This document shows positions 59,281-64,000 of a DNA stretch of 64,000 nucleotides, piece after piece. How positions within the stretch are numbered: position 1 is the stretch's first letter; each line of letters opens with the position of its first letter. Source of the stretch: the human T2T-CHM13v2.0 reference genome, Homo sapiens. The position numbers and the translations under genes were made by a program. The stretch lies in the NCBI RefSeq assembly GCF_009914755.1, contig NC_060931.1; one strand, written 5' to 3'. A model generated the notes under the pieces. It was not told the DNA's origin. It made no database searches and was given only the letters and a program-made list of their open reading frames with translations.

Positions 59281-61700
59281 TTTTATTTTATTTTATTTTA
59301 CATCAATAGTTTTTGGGGAACAGGTGGTTTTGATTACATGGATAAATTCTTTAGTGGTGATTTCTGAGATTTTGGTGTTCCCGTCACCTGAGCAGTGTAC
59401 ACTGTACCCGATGGGTAGTCCTTTTATCCCTTACGCCCCCTTCCACTCTCCCCCGACTCCCCAAAATCCATGACAGCATTCTTATGCCTTTGTGTCCTCA
59501 TAGTTTAGCTCCCACTTATAAGTGACAACATAGGATATTTGTTTTTTCCATTCCTGAGTTACTTTACATAGAACAATCATCTCCAACTCCATGCAGGTTG
59601 CTGTGAGTGCCATTATCTCATTCCTTTTTATGGCTGAGTAGTACTCCATGGTGTGTGCATGTGTATATGTATCACATTTGCTTTACCCACCTATTGATTG
59701 ATGGGCATTTAGGATGGTTCCATATATTTGCAATTGCAAATTACGCTGCCATTAACATGTGTGTGCAAGTGTCTTTTTCATATGACTTCTTTAACTCTGG
59801 GTAGATGCCCAGTAGTGGGATTGCTCAATCAAATGGTAGTTCTACTTTTGGTTCTTTAAGGAGTCTCCGTACTGTTTTCCATGGTAGTTATACTAGTTTA
59901 CATTCCTATCAGCAGTGTAAAAGCATTCCCTTTTCACCACATCTATGCCAACATCTATTATTTTCGGATTTTGAAATTATGACCATTCTTGTAAGAGTAA
60001 GGTTGTATCTCATTGTGGTTTTAATTTGCATTTCCCTGATAATTGGTAATGTTAAGAATTTTTTCATATGTTTCTTAGCCATTTGTATATCTTCTTTTGA
60101 GAATCGTCTATCCATGTCCTTAGCCCACTATTTGACGGGATTAGTTGTTTCATTCTTGCAGATTTGTTTGAGTTCCTTGTAGATTCTGGATATTGGTTCT
60201 TTGTCGGATGCATAGTTTGCAGATATTTTCTCTATGGAATGTCTGTTTACTCTGCTGATTATTTCTTTTGCTGTGCAGATGCTTTTTAGTTTAATTAGGT
60301 TCCGTTTATTTTTGTTTTTGTGGCATTTGCTTTTGTGTTCTTGGTCATGAACTCTTTGCCTAAGCCAATGTCTAGAACAGTTTTTCTGATGTTATCTTCC
60401 AGAATTTGTATGGCTTCAGGTCTTAGATTTAAGTCTTTGCTCCATCTTGAGTTGATGTTTGTATAAGGTGAGAGATAAGGATTCGGTTTCATTCTTCTAC
60501 GTGTGGCTCACCAATTATCCCAGGACCATTTGTTGAATAGGGTGTCCTTTCCCCACTCTGTGTTTTTGTATGCTTTGTCAAAGATCAGTTGGCTGTTACC
60601 AAACTATTCCCTGTAATACGGTTTAAAGTCAGGTAATTTAATGGATCCAAATTTATCCTTTTTGCTTTTGTTATGTGGGCTCTTTTTTGGTTCCACATGA
60701 ATTTTAGGATTGTTTTTTCTAGCTCTGTGAAGAATGATGATGATATTTTGGTGGGAATTTCATTGAATCTGTAGATTGCTTTTGAAGTGTGGTCATTTTT
60801 ACAATATTGATTATGCCCATCCATGAGCATGGGATGTGTTTCCATTTGTTTGTTTGTCTGTGATTTCTTTCAGCAGTGTTTCACAGTTTTCCTTGTAGAG
60901 ATCTTTCACCTCCTTGATTAGGTATATTGCTAAATTATTTTTTTTTATTTTTTTCAGCTAGTGTAAAAAGGGTTGAGTTCCTGATTTGAATCTCAGCTTT
61001 GTTGTTGGTGGTGTATAGCAGTGTTATTCATTTGTGTACATTAATTTTGTATCCTAAAACTTTACTGAATTCATTTATCAGATCTAGGAGCTTTTTGAAT
61101 GAGTCTTTGTGATCTTCTAGGTATACAATCTTATCGGTAAACAGCCACAGTTTAGCTTCCTCTTTACTGATTTGGATGCCCTTTATTTCTTTCTCTTGTC
61201 TGATTGCTCTGACTAGGACTTCCAGTACTATGTTAAATAGAAGTGGTGAAAGTGGGCATCCTTGTCTTGTTCCAGTTCTCAGGGAAAATGCTTTCAACTT
61301 TTCCCTTTCAGTATAATAGATGACTTTTATTACCTTGAGGTATTTCTCATCTATGCCAGTTTCGCTGAGGGTTTTAATCATGAAGGGATGCTGGATTTTG
61401 ACAGATGCTTTTTCTGTGTCTATTTAGATGATCATTTGATTTTTGTTTTTAATTCTGTTTATGCAATGTACCACATTTGTTGACTTGTGTATGTTAAACC
61501 ATCCCTGCATCCCTGGTATGAAACCACTTGATCATGGTGTACTATCTTTTTGATATACCGTTGGATTCAGATAGCTAGTATTTTGTTGAGGATTTTCGCA
61601 TTTATGTTCATCAGTGATATTGGCCTGTAGTTTTCTTTTTTTGTTTTGTTCTGTTATGTAACAGAATATGTTTATTCTGTATCTTTTAATTGGAGCATTT
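59281..61700 (-). mobile_element. L1PB (L1PB1-like) 3' portion with internal deletions
   Basis: L1PB-type 3' end (ttctttagtggtgatttctgagattttggtg); ORF2 fragments 59909-60115, 60295-60492, 61028-61381. Confidence 0.88.
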
Positions 61701-61932
61701 AGGCTCACTGCAACCTCTGCTTCCTGAGTTCAAGTGATTCTCCTGCCTCAGCCTCCCGAGTAGCTGGCACTACAGGCGCCTGCCACCACGACCGGCTAAT
61801 TTTTGTATTTTTAGTAGAGACGGGATTTCACTATGTTGGCCATGCTGGTCTGGAACTCCTGACCTCAGGTGATCTGCCCACTTTGGCCTCGCAAAGTGTT
61901 GGGATTACAGGCGTGAGCCACTGCGGCCGGCC
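61701..61932 (-). mobile_element. AluSx lacking its 3' end and tail, fused to L1PB
   Basis: Begins mid right arm at ggctcactgcaacc. Confidence 0.9.
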
Positions 61933-61942
61933 TGAAACTATT

Positions 61943-62275
<333 letters not shown>

Positions 62276-63327
62276 TGAGCCTGAAACTATTTGTAAAATA
62301 CTTAATATAAGAGCTGTTCTATAAGATGTGTCTGGTAATTCCAATATCTGAAAATTTTAGAGTCTTTATCTGCTATTTATTTTGTTTTCCTCATGATGAC
62401 TTTTTTCCTTTTGTGCTTATGTTTAACTGTGTACTCTCATGAAAATAGAATTTATTTCTACTAAAATTCTTTGAAGTCTAAAATGAAAGTTTCTTTTTCC
62501 AGAGATAATTTGTTTCTGACTCCTGCCTGGAGAAGCTACTATCTGGGACTACCTTAAATCAAGTACAGTGCTACAGTTTCCCCAGATTATCTTGGTGATA
62601 CAACCCCAGATGGCAGAACTATGCAAGGGTGGCCTAAGGTCACAATTTCTTAGGTATCTTCTCTCTCACACCCCCTCACATCATTTTCATCTGCTGGCTG
62701 CTGCGCTCACAAGTCATTCCTCTCTGCTATGGACTGTGGCGACAGGCTTCTTTCTGGTTCACCATTACTCTGAAGATAGAGCGCTCTCAGGTCCCAATTT
62801 AATGAGCAGAAGGTCTTCTATCAGACTTTTCACCTTGGGCAGGCCCTGGGCCTTAACTTCTATCTCCCTTGGCTGATAAAGACTTTAAAAATGAAGCCTG
62901 AGATGATTATATCTAGTCTTAGCTTTTCTATCAATAATTTAGCGTGAGTCTGTGCTCATATCCCCTCCCTGAGGGCTGAATGATGGGAGCCACAAGCCAC
63001 AGTGGCCACTGGCAGAGAACCCATGTGCCCTAAGGAGAAGCCATCTTAGGAAGATCAGTGGTAGCAGAGGCTGTGCCATGGTGGCGGATGAAGAGGTTGG
63101 AGTGGACAAATATGTGAGATCCTGTATTAAATAGAAGAAACTAGTAGTCTGAGAAACTGTCAGAAATAGTTCACTGTAGGACACTTTGAGATGAGGGAAT
63201 TTTTGGAATTAATGTAAGTTTGTGTCATAATTATATTTACAATTCCAACTTGGTTTTCCCATGTCTGATAGGACCTTGGAAATCAGGACTCCATTTGTAT
63301 TTATAATATACTCCAGGTCAGTGCAAA

Positions 63328-63770
63328 TGAGGCATGAGAATAGGGTCTGGAGGCAGGGAACCTAAGGCCCTTTCATGGTAGCTGGACATTAGGGGCTTCT
63401 CCCTTTTCAACCTCTCATTTTTCTCTGTGGCAGTTGCAAAATGAAAGTACCACTGATTGGGCCCCTCCTGCAATCAATCAGACTAGTTATGGGCCTACTC
63501 TTCTTGTTCCACAACCAATCAGACTGGTCGCAGGCCACTACTTCATTTGCATAGAGTGAACCAATGGAAAACCTCTAAAGGGTATTTAAAGCCCCAAAAC
63601 TTCTGTAACCAAGGCTTTTGAGACACTTGCTCGAGCTCGCTCTTACACTGTGGAGTGTACTTTTGTTTAAAATAAATCTCTGCTTTTGCTGCCTTGCTTT
63701 GTTTGTGTGTTTTGTCCAATTCTTTGTTCAAAACATCAAGAACCTGGAAAACTACCCTTAACTGGTAACA
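63328..63770 (+). mobile_element. MER51-type ERV1 solo LTR
   Basis: tgaggca.gagaatagggtctggaggcagggaacctaaggcc start; CCAAT boxes, octamer, TATA-like tatttaaa, aataaa; ends ggtaaca. Confidence 0.88.
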
Positions 63771-64000
63771 CTAACAGACACTAAATATGTATAATAAATA
63801 TATATTCTACATACTACCTTCTAGTAATTCATCTTTAAAATGTTACTTGTAATTGTTGTTGACTTTAGCAGTTTACTTCACCAACAGTCAATTTTTGTAT
63901 AAATACATTCTGCTTCATATCCTTATATGTTAATTTACTTCTTATCAATTCAATTCATGAGCTCTCATTTCAAACAAACTACAATGAAACATAAGAAACA

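Overview
Primate (very probably human) genomic DNA that is mostly interspersed repeats. The only credible protein-coding gene is PRPS1L1 (PRPS3), an intronless, X-derived PRPP synthetase retrogene on the minus strand (CDS 53469->52513, 318 aa). It starts at a non-AUG ACG codon. From recalled knowledge this places the window on 7p21, between SNX13 and HDAC9. The rest comprises ~30 Alu/FLAM/FRAM copies, a near-complete Tigger1, a full-length L1PA8-like element (14-bp TSD) carrying a nested L1PA2 with a 3' transduction, an L1PB fragment, and MaLR/ERV1 LTRs, MER DNA transposons and microsatellites. I see no evidence of a wholly new biological system. The best leads are the retrogene's non-AUG start, its MYB/ETS promoter, a Gly->Val change in its substrate-binding loop and its short 3' UTR. 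Several unusual retrotransposition or repair scars also stand out: an L1-processed ERV (MER21) transcript, an int-LTR-int permuted MaLR, an L1 3' transduction and templated fold-back insertions. Repeat subfamily names come from recalled consensus sequences and need RepeatMasker/Dfam confirmation. Nearly all other ORFs in the track are spurious repeat-derived frames.
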